Shown: one piece after another, positions 12,598 through 22,441 of the stretch
Layout: each line of letters starts with the position of its first letter
Position numbering within the stretch: position 1 is the stretch's first letter
NCBI GenBank assembly: GCA_040005235.1
Contig: JBDTZG010000007.1
Span: 1 to 64,000 of the forward strand
Origin: Acidobacteriota bacterium
Lineage (GTDB): Bacteria; Acidobacteriota; Thermoanaerobaculia; Multivoradales; UBA5704
DNA: 64,000 nucleotides
Reading direction: 5' to 3'
Notes under the pieces: model-generated
The model's database searches: none
The model's input: the letters and a program-made list of their open reading frames with translations, nothing else
What the model was told of the DNA's origin: nothing
Position numbers and translations under genes: made by a program

Positions 12598-12836
12598 CGG
12601 CCCAACGGGCCGGGAGAGCCCAGCCCAGGGCTGAGGCCGAAGGCCGATGCCCTGGGGGAAAACGATTTATCCCCGCGGCCTGAAAGGCCGCAAGAGATCT
12701 CCGGCATCGGCACGGTACTCGGTTGAGGTCGGGTTTCTAGCGGCCTTTCAGGCCGCCTTTCCATGGGGCCTGCTAACCCAGGGCATCGGCCTTCGGCCTC
12801 AGCCCTGGGCTCGGTTCTCCCGGCCTTTCAGGCCGC
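12598..12836. repeat. REP/REPIN-like nested inverted repeat
   Basis: Perfect 35-bp inverted repeat at 12622-12656 and 12777-12811, an inner GCGGCCTGAAAGGCCGC/GCGGCCTTTCAGGCCGC pair, and outer hairpins. Lies between convergent genes. Confidence 0.85.
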
Positions 12837-12907
12837 GGCAGGGACCCTTCTCGCTCGGCATGGAGATAAATCGATCTTCATAGGCCGGATCGATTCTACC
12901 CGCCCCG

Positions 12908-14230
12908 TCACTCCTCCCACCGAAACCGACTCCAAGCAATCGCCCCAAAAACCACCGCAGAGAGCAGCAAAACCCCAACCGGCGCGAGCGCCCCTTCGAA
13001 GCCCACGCCGCGCCAGGTCATGGCGTCGAAGCCGTCGACCGCCCAGCGGGTGGGGGTCGCCAGGGTGGCGGTTTGGAGCCATTTGGGGAAGATGAAGGAG
13101 GGAATCCAGGCTCCGCCGAGCATGACCAGTAGAAGAACGGCGAGCATTGAGATGCCGCGGGCGGCCTGGGGGGTTTTGCCGAGCGAGGCGATCATCAGGC
13201 CGAAGGCGGCGGCCATCAGGGCGAAGGAAATTGCGACCGCTACGAAGCCTGGGAAGCTGCCGGAAATTCGGACTCCGAAGACGACGAAGGCGAAGGTGAA
13301 CATCACGGTAAAGGTGAGCAGGCCGAGGATCGCCGCCGCGAGCGCTTTGCCCAGGAGCAGCATGCCGCGCGAGACCGGTGCGCCGCGGAGGCGTTTCCAG
13401 ATCCCTTTCTGGCGTTCGAGCAGGATCGCCACCCCCAGGTCGATCGCGGCGAACAGAACGAATTGCACCCCCATTCCGGCGAACGAATGGGCATAACCGT
13501 TGTACTGCACCCCTTCGCGCGCCGTCACTTCCTGAGCGGAGATGTCGAACGGCATCCCCAGTCCGCGCTTCGCGGTGTTCGGGCTACCGTCGGCCGCCGG
13601 CTCGCGCGAGCGGCGGTTCATGTCGAGCGCCCCGGTGAGCAGCTTGCGGAGCGATTCCTGCTCCTCGCCGGACATTCCTGGCGTCGGCTTCTCCAAATCG
13701 CGCAGCTGCGCGTCGAGCATTTTCTCGCCGGTCGGGCCGTTGAACGCCTCGGCGCTCACCGCCTCCATCGCGTGCTGGGTGAGGATTCCGCGCACCATCG
13801 CGAGCTCCCCTGCGTGCGATGGATCGTGAAGCAGGCCGACCACCGGCTTCTTCGCCGTCGGATCGAACAGGCTGCGCGCCGCGGCGTCGCCGAAACCTTT
13901 CGGCAGGACGACCGCCACCGCGGCTTTTCCTTTCCGCACGGCCTCGCGCCCCTCGTCGAGCGTCGCCGGGCGGACCGAGAGCAGAGGATCTCCCCCCAGC
14001 CCGGCGATCACCGCGCGCGACAGCGACGTCCCGTCCTGATCGATCGCGCGGATCTCGATCTTTCCGGTCTCCGGCTTCTTGTCGCCGTTGCCGCCGAACA
14101 GGTAGCCGAAGAACGAGGCGATCGCGATCGGCACCAGGAAGGTCAGCACCATGGCGCGCCGGTCGTGGACGAAGATCTGGAGATCCTTGCGGATCAGGGC
14201 CAGCAGCGCGGTGAGGTTCCCGTTCTTCAT
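12908..14230 (-). CDS. ABC-2 type transporter permease
   Basis: Start MKNGNL at 14230 overlaps the ATPase stop. N-terminal TM, extracytoplasmic loop, ER..G...RL..AP motif and 5 C-terminal TMs. Confidence 0.9.
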   Translation of the reverse strand: MKNGNLTALLALIRKDLQIFVHDRRAMVLTFLVPIAIASFFGYLFGGNGDKKPETGKIEIRAIDQDGTSLSRAVIAGLGGDPLLSVRPATLDEGREAVRKGKAAVAVVLPKGFGDAAARSLFDPTAKKPVVGLLHDPSHAGELAMVRGILTQHAMEAVSAEAFNGPTGEKMLDAQLRDLEKPTPGMSGEEQESLRKLLTGALDMNRRSREPAADGSPNTAKRGLGMPFDISAQEVTAREGVQYNGYAHSFAGMGVQFVLFAAIDLGVAILLERQKGIWKRLRGAPVSRGMLLLGKALAAAILGLLTFTVMFTFAFVVFGVRISGSFPGFVAVAISFALMAAAFGLMIASLGKTPQAARGISMLAVLLLVMLGGAWIPSFIFPKWLQTATLATPTRWAVDGFDAMTWRGVGFEGALAPVGVLLLSAVVFGAIAWSRFRWEE

Positions 14231-15180
14231 GCGTCGCGGAGCCTCCGGCCGGTCATGTGAAGAAAGACGGCTTCGAGATTGCCGCGCTCGCTCGCCAGGT
14301 GCCCGGGCGTAGCGCCGCGCGTCGTGAGCCAACCGAGAACGGAGGCGGTGCCGAGCGACAGATCGGAGAGTGCCACCGTCAATCGGCCGTCCTCGAACGA
14401 AGGTTCGGCCTCTTCGGCCACGCCGGGCAGGGCTTTCAGCTCCGCAAGCGGCAGCTCGGATGCACCTTCGACCTCCACCCGCAGCCGATTGCTCGCCGGG
14501 AGCATTTTGAGCAGCTCGCGCAACGTGCCTTCCGCGATCACCCGGCCCGAATCGACGATCGCGATCCGGTCGCACAGGCGCTCGGCCTCTTCCATGTAGT
14601 GGGTGGTGTAGAGGAGGGCCTTGCCACGGCGGCGCAGCTCCTCCAGGTTGTCGAAGATCGCGTTGCGGCTCTGGGGATCGACCCCCACGGTCGGCTCGTC
14701 GAGCAGCAGAACGGCGGGATCGTGAAGCAGCGCGCCCGCTAGATTAAGCCGCCGCTTCATGCCGCCGCTCATGGTCTTCACCAGATCGCGAGCTCGGTCG
14801 GCCAAGCCGACCAGCTCCAGCGCCGAGCCGATGGCGGATTCCAGCGCCGCCCCGCCCAGACCGTAGAGCGCGCCAAAGAAGCGGAGGTTCGCGAGCGCGG
14901 ACAGCTCGTCGTAGAGCGCCAACTCCTGAGGCACCAGGCCGATCTGCCGCTTGGCCGGATCGGCGTCGCCCGAAATCGCCCGCCCGCCCACCAGGACCCA
15001 CCCCGAATCCGGGGGCAGCAGGCCGCAGAGCATCGAAACCGCAGTGGTCTTGCCCGCGCCGTTCGGGCCGAGCAGGCCGAAGATCTCCCCCGGCGCGAGC
15101 GCAAGCGAAACCCCGGCGACGGCCGGTCGGCCGCTATAAGACTTCGTGAGGTCGCGCGCTTCGAGGAGCGGTGCGGTCAT
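14227..15180 (-). CDS. ABC transporter ATP-binding protein (drug exporter-like)
   Basis: [36 protein letters not shown]. Confidence 0.95.
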   Translation of the reverse strand: MTAPLLEARDLTKSYSGRPAVAGVSLALAPGEIFGLLGPNGAGKTTAVSMLCGLLPPDSGWVLVGGRAISGDADPAKRQIGLVPQELALYDELSALANLRFFGALYGLGGAALESAIGSALELVGLADRARDLVKTMSGGMKRRLNLAGALLHDPAVLLLDEPTVGVDPQSRNAIFDNLEELRRRGKALLYTTHYMEEAERLCDRIAIVDSGRVIAEGTLRELLKMLPASNRLRVEVEGASELPLAELKALPGVAEEAEPSFEDGRLTVALSDLSLGTASVLGWLTTRGATPGHLASERGNLEAVFLHMTGRRLRDA

Positions 15181-15267
15181 GGCTCGATTCGGTTGGGTGG
15201 CTGGAGACTACTACGGGGCGGAAGAGGAGGGGTTTCAACGTGCGCCTCTCGTCTACACTTGGTCGCC

Positions 15268-16206
15268 ATGTCCAAGCTCCGCCTCGCCGTGGTCCAAGCC
15301 GAGATCGCCCCCTCGCTCGCCGCGGGGCTTGAGGCGACCGCCGACCTCGCCCGTCGCGCCGCCGCTTCCGGCGCGCAGGTGATCGTCTTCCCCGAGACCT
15401 GGCTGCCTGGCTATCCCGCCTGGCTCGACGTCTGCCGCGACGTGGCGCTCTGGGATCACGAACCGGTGAAGAAAGTCTTCGCCCGGTACGCCGGCGAAAG
15501 CGTCGTAGTCCATGGCTCGAGCGGCCAGGCGCTGGGCGCGATCGCCAAGGAGGTGGGCGCCGTTCTCGTGATCGGGGTTTCGGAAAGGGTGGAGGAGGGG
15601 CCCGGCCGCGGCACGCTCTACAACACGCTGCTCACCTACGGCCCGGACGGCACGCTCCGGAACCATCACCGCAAGCTCATGCCGACCTACACGGAACGGA
15701 TGATCTGGGGGCAAGGCGACGCCGCCGGACTGCGCGCGATCGAGACCTCGGTCGGCCGAGTGGGCGGCTTGATCTGTTGGGAGCATTGGATGCCGCTCGC
15801 CCGCCAGGCGATGCACGAATCGGGAGAGGACCTCCATGTAGCGGCCTGGCCGAACGTCCACGAAATGCTCCAGGTCGCGAGCCGCAGCTACGCCTTCGAA
15901 GGGCGCTGCTACGTCGCCGCCGCGGGCTCGCTCCTGCGAGCGAAGGATCTGCCGCCCGAGTTGGAGCCGCACCCGGCGAAAGTCCAGAGCCCCGAGCAGT
16001 GGATCCTCCGCGGCGGCAGCGCGATCTACGGCCCGGACGGCTTTCCCGTCGTCGAGCCGGTCTTCGACCGAGAAGAGATCCTCGTCGCCGATCTGGATCT
16101 GAACAAAATCAGAGAAGAGAACATGAGCCTCGACGTCGGTGGCCACTACTCGCGGCCCGATCAGTTGTCGTTCGAGGTGCGACGGGGCACGCGCGACGCG
16201 GGATAG
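15268..16206 (+). CDS. Nitrilase (carbon-nitrogen hydrolase family)
   Basis: Catalytic triad motifs VFPE, HRKLMPT and LICWEH; C-terminal DVGGHYSRPD. Confidence 0.92.
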   Translation: MSKLRLAVVQAEIAPSLAAGLEATADLARRAAASGAQVIVFPETWLPGYPAWLDVCRDVALWDHEPVKKVFARYAGESVVVHGSSGQALGAIAKEVGAVLVIGVSERVEEGPGRGTLYNTLLTYGPDGTLRNHHRKLMPTYTERMIWGQGDAAGLRAIETSVGRVGGLICWEHWMPLARQAMHESGEDLHVAAWPNVHEMLQVASRSYAFEGRCYVAAAGSLLRAKDLPPELEPHPAKVQSPEQWILRGGSAIYGPDGFPVVEPVFDREEILVADLDLNKIREENMSLDVGGHYSRPDQLSFEVRRGTRDAG

Positions 16207-16367
16207 GGGGGCGCGGACTCCGGCCGACGGTTTCGCTTTCGCGGCGATCGGTTCTCCCGTTCCCGGCAGCTGTCTGCGGCACGCGCCCACCGGTGTTCGG
16301 AGTCCGGCCACTACTCCTCCGGGTCGTAGGAGTGATCCTAAGCCGCCGCGTACGATTCCGCCGGGCC

Positions 16368-16745
16368 AGCGGAATGTTCCTGAGCGACTGCGGAACATTC
16401 CGCCATATCCGCGGATTGTTCCTGGGGTACGCCGGAACGTTCCTTTGGGCTAGCGGAATTTTCCTGAGGTGCCGCGAAACACTCCTTCAATTACGCGGAA
16501 CATTCCTGGGGATCAGAGGAGTCTTCCTGTAAGACCCCGGAGCACTCCTCTAAACCAGCGGAATATTCCTGAGCTTGCGCGGAACACTCCTCTAGGTAGG
16601 CGGAATGTTCCTGAGTTTCCGCGGAATGCTCCTCTAAGCTAGCGGAATGTTCCTGAGGTTACGCGGAATTCTCCTCTCTACCAGCGGAATGTTCCTGAGA
16701 GGCTGCGGAACCTTCCTGAGATGCTCCGGACCATTCCCCTGGGCC
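16368..16745. repeat. 21-bp tandem array, about 18 degenerate units with palindromic GGAAnnTTCC core
   Basis: Units such as AGCGGAATGTTCCTGAGCGAC, CGCGGAACATTCCTGGGGATC and AGCGGAATGTTCCTGAGGTTA recur every 21 nt. Confidence 0.9.
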
Positions 16746-16990
16746 AGGGGAGTGGTGTTCTGGGACTCGTGCGGGGTGCTCGCGCGCGGCCCATCAATTC
16801 GACCGCTCCAGCACATCCTCTTTTCTATCAGCGAGTTACCTCCGCGCGTCGCGTTGGCGCGTACGCCTGGCGAACCACAACGGCGCGGAACCCGAACGGT
16901 CATGCCCTGGCAAGATCTACCGGTCGTCGACCGGGTCGCCGGGGTGCTCGCGCACCGAAAAGTCCGTTCATCCGCCTCCGCGGCGCGCGT

Positions 16991-17494
16991 GTAGAGGTCG
17001 AAGGGGCTGAATCCCACGTCCTTCGTTCGCTGCGGACTCGCCACAACGTTCCGATGTCCGCTGTCAGATCGGCGCTCGACTTTGCCGAGAGCGAACTGCG
17101 GATCGAACGCCTCTTGCTGAGCGACGAGCTTCGAACGGCGGCCGGTACGGTCTTCTTGGAGCGGCTGGATCAACTGATCGACCTCGGACGCTCCGGGCAG
17201 CTCGCGATCAAGGAGCTGTTGCAGGCGCACCTACAGCGCATCGATCGCGACTTTGGTGGCCTGCCCGTACGGCTGTTCCCCGTCGTATCAATCCGCGGTC
17301 TCGGTGGTCCGAAGCTGGTCGTCATCGATCCTTCAATTTCGTTCGGACGGCCCTACATTGCCGGCAAGGGAGTGAGAACCTCGACCATCGTGGAGCGGCT
17401 CGACTCCGGGGAGTCGAGAAACGATGTCGCTGGGGATTACGGCCTAGAGGATCGGGAGATCGATGAGGCGATCCTCTACGAGCGCGCCGCCTGA
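16991..17494 (+). pseudogene. DUF433/VapB45-like antitoxin, 5'-truncated
   Basis: ESHVLRSLR...IDPSISFGRPYIAGKGVRT...VAGDYGL...EAILYE. The upstream frame is not protein-like and no partner toxin is present. Confidence 0.7.
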
Positions 17495-17509
17495 GCCCAT
17501 CTGTTTTCC

Positions 17510-17636
17510 ACCCAGGCCTCCGACCTGGGCTAACGGCACGCGGCCCTTCAGGCCGCAAATGCACCCGATCCGTCTTTCTTTCTTGCGGCCTGAAGGGCCG
17601 TGTGCTTTTGCTCAGCCCAGGCCATCGGCCTGGGTC
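17510..17636. repeat. REP-like palindrome pair
   Basis: CCCAGG..CCTGGGCT + GCGGCCCTTCAGGCCGC and its inverted copy GCGGCCTGAAGGGCCG...AGCCCAGGCCATCGGCCTGGG, between convergent genes. Confidence 0.8.
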
Positions 17637-17661
17637 CGAGAGTCCAATGCGGCCCCTCCCC

Positions 17662-18228
17662 CTACTCCCGCCCCACCCCCAACGCATCGGCCACCCGGTT
17701 GATGTAATTGAACCACGAGGCGATCAGGGTGATTTGCAGGATTCCCGTGTCGTCGAAGCCGTTCTGCCTCAGGCGGTCGTGATCGGCGGGGCCGAGGGCG
17801 GTGGGGTCTCGGGTGATTTGGACGACGAAATCGAGCATCGCCCGCTCGGCCGGGGTGACGGGGGCTTTCGTGTAGTCGTCGCGGAGGGCGGCGACCAGGG
17901 ATTCATCCAGGGTGACGCGACGCAGAAACTCTGCGTGAGATGCCATTCAGTATTGGCAGCGGTTGACCGTCGAAACGACCGTCGCGATCATTTCGTGCTG
18001 GCGGCGTTCGAGGGGCAGATCCGGGGCCATCATGGCGCCGAAGGCGGCGAAGGAGTGGAAGAGCGCGTCGGGGATCAGGCTGTGCGAGGCGACGATGCCT
18101 TGCGCTCCCGAGGCGATCGCTTGAGCGGGTGTCGCGTATTCGATCGGATAGAGGGCGCGCTGCGCGGCGAGGCCTTGGCGGAGGCGGTCGTCGGCTTCAG
18201 TCGCGGGGATCGTGCGAATCCAAGTCAT
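17662..18228 (-). CDS. AhpD/carboxymuconolactone decarboxylase-family peroxidase-related selenoprotein (Sec at UGA 17949-17947)
   Basis: AGGAG RBS, ATG 18228. Reads ...[27 protein letters not shown]... in one frame, giving CxxU in place of CxxC..H. A hairpin follows the UGA. Confidence 0.85.
17918..17946 (-). promoter_or_regulatory. Putative bacterial SECIS element
   Basis: After UGA: ATGGCATCTC-ACGCAGA-GTT-TCTGCGT, a 7-bp stem with a G-initiated loop 17 nt downstream of the UGA. Confidence 0.7.
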
Positions 18229-18251
18229 GGCGGGTCTCCTTGGGGTCGATC

Positions 18252-20162
18252 TTAGACCTGGCCCGGTCCCAGCCCCACCATCGCCAGCAGTTTGAGCGCG
18301 TTGGTGGTCGGCGCCACCCCTTCGCGCAGCCGGTAGTCGAAGGTCATCGCGGTTTCTCCCTCGCGCTCTTCGAAGCTCTCGCGGAAATGGACGGTGTGGG
18401 CGAGCCGGGACAGTTCGGGCAGCTCGGCGAGGGCGAGATCGTGGGTGGAAATCGCGCCGATCGCCCCGGCGGCGAGCAGGCGGAGCAGGATCTCTCGTAC
18501 GGCGATCTGCCGCTCGGCGCTGTTGGTGCCGCGGAGGATCTCGTCGAGAAGATAAAGGAGGGTGCGCCCTTCTTGGCGCGCAGCCTCGGCTTGGTCGACG
18601 ATGCTCCGGATGCGTTGCAGCTCGGCCAAGAAGAAAGAGACGCCGGAGGCGAGCGAATCTTCGACCAGAATGCTGGTGCCGAGCGTCACCGGCGGCAAGC
18701 TCAACGCGCGCGCAGCGACCGGCCCTCCGGCCTGAGCGAGAACGACGTTCGTGCCGAGCGAGCGGAGGAGCGTGCTTTTGCCCGACATGTTCGAACCGGT
18801 CACGAGCAGGAACGTCCCGGCCGGGCCGACCTCTACGTCGTTGCCCACCCGCTCGGCGTCGGCAAGCAGCGGATGACCGAGATCGACCGCCCGGATCGTT
18901 AGACTCTGCGTTAGACCTTGCGATACCGGGTTCGTCGCCCCGGCCGCATCGGCTCCATCGAGGATCTCGGGGAACGTCCACTCCGGCTGATCGTGGGAGA
19001 GGGTGGCGAGCGCGGCGAGCGTTTCGATCTCTCCGAGCGCGGCGAGCCAGCCTCTCGCGCGGCGGCCGGCGCTCACCTGCCAGCGCTCCAAGCGTTCGAG
19101 CGCGTGGAAATCCCAGAGGAACAGGCTTTGGAGCACGAAATGGGTCGGCGCCGAAAGGCGCACGTCGGCCAGGGCCAGCCGGCGGCGCAGGAGGTCGATC
19201 TGGCCGTAGGCGGAGACCCCTTCGGTGGTCGTCGCTTCGAGCAGGGCGGTGAACTTGGGGGATGTCGAGCTTCGCCTTTCGAGCAACCGGAAGAGGGCGG
19301 CGTAGCTGACGAAATCGCGCTCCCGGGCCGCGACCGAATCGAAGGCGTGGTGGAACGGCTTGGCGACCGCGAAGGAAAAGGTGAAGTTCAGGAGCGGCAG
19401 GATCGACCAGACCGAAAACGGCACGAGGCCGGCAATCACGAACCCCAGCAGCACGACGGTCGCGACCGCGGAAAAACGGGCGAGATAGAGAAGGAAGGGG
19501 CGCCGCAGCAGCCAGGGCTCGCCCTCCGCCCAGGCGAGGAACGGCTCGATGTCGGGGTTCGCCTCGTCCATCGTCCGCGCTTCGAGCTCCAGCGACTGGC
19601 GCAGCTCGATCTCGGGCGCCAGCTCGCGCACCGCCTGTTGCCGGGCGCGGATCTCAGGCGGAGACGCGGGGGCCGAAAGCCACCGGACGAGCGTTTGCCG
19701 GCCGGGCGGGGTGCGCGCGGTGCCCAGCAGTTGGGCGAGCGAAGCGCGGCCGAACAGGCCGAGATCGCGCGCGAGCGGTGAATCGGTCGCGGGTAGGGTT
19801 GTGAGTGGCAGGGCTTGCCAATCGCGGGCGATCCGGGCGAGCGCTTCTTCCTGGATCTTCCCCAGCTCGCGCCGCCGCTTCTCTTCGCGGATCACCTTTT
19901 CGTGGTTCCCCAGCAGGGCGAGGAAGACCGTGAGGGCGACCGCCGCGCCGCCGATCGGAAATCGGAGCGTCCAGGGCTCCGAGGCCTTGGCTACGACCGC
20001 GACCAGGCAGCCGACGAACGCCAAGGCCGCGATCAGGCGGGCGACGGAAAAACGGAACGACCGGCGCGCGAAGACCTTCTCCTCCGCCCGGAAACGATCG
20101 CGGCGTCCGGCATAGAGGGGAAAGAGGGGAGAAGGAGAGGGAAGAGGGTCGGTGGCGCTCAC
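18252..20162 (-). CDS. Membrane-anchored MutS domain V ATPase
   Basis: N-terminal TMs, HPLL...VGND, TGSNMSGKSTLLR, DSL..G.S.F.AEL, LLDEILRGTN, STHD. GTG start inferred. Confidence 0.88.
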   Translation of the reverse strand: MSATDPLPSPSPLFPLYAGRRDRFRAEEKVFARRSFRFSVARLIAALAFVGCLVAVVAKASEPWTLRFPIGGAAVALTVFLALLGNHEKVIREEKRRRELGKIQEEALARIARDWQALPLTTLPATDSPLARDLGLFGRASLAQLLGTARTPPGRQTLVRWLSAPASPPEIRARQQAVRELAPEIELRQSLELEARTMDEANPDIEPFLAWAEGEPWLLRRPFLLYLARFSAVATVVLLGFVIAGLVPFSVWSILPLLNFTFSFAVAKPFHHAFDSVAARERDFVSYAALFRLLERRSSTSPKFTALLEATTTEGVSAYGQIDLLRRRLALADVRLSAPTHFVLQSLFLWDFHALERLERWQVSAGRRARGWLAALGEIETLAALATLSHDQPEWTFPEILDGADAAGATNPVSQGLTQSLTIRAVDLGHPLLADAERVGNDVEVGPAGTFLLVTGSNMSGKSTLLRSLGTNVVLAQAGGPVAARALSLPPVTLGTSILVEDSLASGVSFFLAELQRIRSIVDQAEAARQEGRTLLYLLDEILRGTNSAERQIAVREILLRLLAAGAIGAISTHDLALAELPELSRLAHTVHFRESFEEREGETAMTFDYRLREGVAPTTNALKLLAMVGLGPGQV

Positions 20163-20208
20163 CCGCGGATGGTAACGGTTTTGGCCAAACCGAATAAGAT
20201 CGCGCGCC

Positions 20209-20946
20209 ATGCTCTTCGCCCTGCTCGCCCTGCAAGTCGCCGGAGGCGTTCCCCCGCCGGCCCCCGCGCAGCCGGCCCCGACGACCCCGGTTGAAGCCGT
20301 CTGTCCTTGCCGGCCGCGGGTGGTGGGTGCCGCTTCGGAGCCGCCTCTCGGCATGACCAAGGACGCCGTGGGACTGCCGGTTCTAGTCGCCTGCGGCGAC
20401 CTTTCCGAGCGCCTGGCGCCCGACCGGGCGCGGGCCGAAGAGGTCGCGGTCTACGCCTGCGGCACGCCCGAGCCGATCCTGTCGCTCAGCCCGTTGGATT
20501 CCGCCGAGGTACACGAGGTGCCGGGCGGTCTGGAAGTCTTCGAGCTGGCGAGCTGGCCGTTCGGCAAAGGGGGGGAGTGGATCGACGTGCCGGTCTGGAA
20601 GGACGCCGTCGCGGTCTTTCCCGATCTGGGGCCGCGGGTCGAGCGCACGTTGGTGTTCGAGCCGCCGCGCCTTTCCGCCGAGGAGATCCGCGCCGCGGTC
20701 GCCGGCTACGCAGCCTGGCTGCGCAAGCCGGACGCCGTCGAAGACCCGGAGGCTATGGCCGGCCGGGTCCTAGCCGCGGCGCTCGCCGGCAACGCCGAAG
20801 CGCGCCACGCGCTCTCCAGCTGGGACTCCGAGACCCGGGTGGACGACGATCTCTCGGAAACCTGGACCGACGCCTCGCAGCTCTATCAGGCCTACGCCGC
20901 GGCGACGGGCAAGGTGCCGGTGCTGGAGGACAAGGGGAAGAGGTGA
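20209..20946 (+). CDS. Secreted hypothetical protein
   Basis: Hydrophobic N-terminus, Pro-rich linker, high GC3. Confidence 0.7.
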   Translation: MLFALLALQVAGGVPPPAPAQPAPTTPVEAVCPCRPRVVGAASEPPLGMTKDAVGLPVLVACGDLSERLAPDRARAEEVAVYACGTPEPILSLSPLDSAEVHEVPGGLEVFELASWPFGKGGEWIDVPVWKDAVAVFPDLGPRVERTLVFEPPRLSAEEIRAAVAGYAAWLRKPDAVEDPEAMAGRVLAAALAGNAEARHALSSWDSETRVDDDLSETWTDASQLYQAYAAATGKVPVLEDKGKR

Positions 20947-20971
20947 GGGGGCGAACGGCAGCCATGTTCAA

Positions 20972-21004
20972 CCCAGGGCGTTAGCCCAGGCCAACGGCCT
21001 GGGT
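20972..21004. repeat. Single REP-like palindrome
   Basis: CGTTAGCCCAGGCCAACGGCCTGGGT is identical to part of the 25440-25570 element. Confidence 0.7.
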
Positions 21005-21086
21005 GCGGTGGTCGCCGGGTCAGGGCGTGCGCCTCATCCCCGGGGGGTACCGCAACCTGCCGGTTCGAGATACCGTACAGACAGCC

Positions 21087-22409
21087 ATGAATTTCAACTT
21101 CCTCATCACCCCCCTATCCTTCGCCTTTGCACTCGGAGTCATTGTCTTCGTCCATGAGGCCGGCCATTTGCTGGTCGCCAAGGCGTTCGGTGTCCGGGTG
21201 CTCACTTTCTCGCTCGGGTTCGGCAAGCGCCTCTGGGGCTTCCGCAAGGGCGAAACCGACTATCGGCTCTCCCTGGTGCCGCTCGGCGGCTACGTCCGGC
21301 TCGGCGGCGAAAACCCCGACGAGGTGACCGACGACCCGCGCGAGTTCCTGAACAAGCCGCGCTGGCAGCGCATCCTGGTCTATCTGGCCGGTCCGGTGAT
21401 GAACATCATCCTGGCGATCCTGCTATTCGCCGGCCTGTTCATGGCCGGGATCGAGGTGCCGAACCTCTCCGTCATTCCGTCCGAGGTGGGTACCGTGATG
21501 AAGGGCTCCTCGGCCGAACAGGCCGGATTGCAGCGGGGCGACGTGATCCTGGCGATCAACGGCAAGCCGTCCAGCACTTGGGAGGATGCGAGCTTCGCGC
21601 TCGCCACCTCGCCGAACCGGCCGGTCGCCCTGCACCTGCAACGCGGCGCGAAAATCTTCGATGCGACGGTGACGCCGAAGCTCGATCCGCACTACCAGAT
21701 CGGCGACACCGCGGGCATCGCGCCGAAAGTCCGGCCGCAACTGATCAAGATCCTCGAAAAGACCCCGGCTGAAGCCGCGGGCTTCGAATTGGGCGACGAG
21801 ATCTGGGCGGTCGATGGCTTGGCGATCGCGGATTCTGCGGCGTTCGTCGCCTACATCGAGGGGAAGGCCGGCAAGAAGGTCGACATCGAGGTCCGTCGCG
21901 GTTCGACGCGGCGAACGATCTCGGTGACCCCCCGGAACGAGAGCGGCAAGGGGAAGATCGGCGTCGGTCTCGGCTTCTTCCAGCACTACCCGCCGGGCGA
22001 GGCGCTGCGCGAGAGCGTGATCTTCAACTGGCGGATCTGCGTCCAGACGTTCGACGTGATCGGCAAACTGATCACGCGCAAAGTGCCCCCGGGCGGAGCC
22101 CTCGCCGGCCCGCTCGAAATCGCCAAAGAGACGGGCGCCGCGGCGCGGGTCGGCTTCAAGCACCTGCTCTACATCATGGGGTTCATCAGCATTTCGATCG
22201 CGCTTTTGAACCTGATGCCGATCCCGATCCTGGACGGCGGCCAGATCACCATTCTGCTGTTCGAAAGCGTGATCCGGCGCGACCTGTCCGCGCGCTTCAA
22301 GGAGATCGTGATTCAGGTGGGCTTCGTCATGGTGCTTCTGCTGATGGCGATGGTGATCTGGTTCGACATCAAGAAGAGCCTGCCACCGGGATTGCTTCCC
22401 GGCTCGTAG
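21087..22409 (+). CDS. rseP: RIP metalloprotease RseP with two PDZ domains
   Basis: HEAGH, FSLGFG, PLGGYV, AGP..N, NLMPIPILDGG. Confidence 0.95.
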   Translation: MNFNFLITPLSFAFALGVIVFVHEAGHLLVAKAFGVRVLTFSLGFGKRLWGFRKGETDYRLSLVPLGGYVRLGGENPDEVTDDPREFLNKPRWQRILVYLAGPVMNIILAILLFAGLFMAGIEVPNLSVIPSEVGTVMKGSSAEQAGLQRGDVILAINGKPSSTWEDASFALATSPNRPVALHLQRGAKIFDATVTPKLDPHYQIGDTAGIAPKVRPQLIKILEKTPAEAAGFELGDEIWAVDGLAIADSAAFVAYIEGKAGKKVDIEVRRGSTRRTISVTPRNESGKGKIGVGLGFFQHYPPGEALRESVIFNWRICVQTFDVIGKLITRKVPPGGALAGPLEIAKETGAAARVGFKHLLYIMGFISISIALLNLMPIPILDGGQITILLFESVIRRDLSARFKEIVIQVGFVMVLLLMAMVIWFDIKKSLPPGLLPGS

Positions 22410-22441
22410 GGACGCAAGAAAGGCGCGAAAGAACGAACCCC

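Noticed and set aside
12908-14575. Extended N-termini in the ORF track (permease, MutS-like, bshB1, argG, argC, argF, argB, argH)
   Set aside because: They overlap upstream genes; downstream starts with ATGA coupling, an RBS or a -10 box fit better.
16368-16745. CRISPR array interpretation of this and the 41.4-kb and 63.7-kb repeats
   Set aside because: Total period is only 20-21 bp, there are no unique spacers of about 30 bp, and no cas genes are present.
17662-18228. Nonsense pseudogene or two separate genes
   Set aside because: The UGA is exactly at the catalytic Cys position and is followed by a SECIS-like hairpin, so Sec recoding is more parsimonious.
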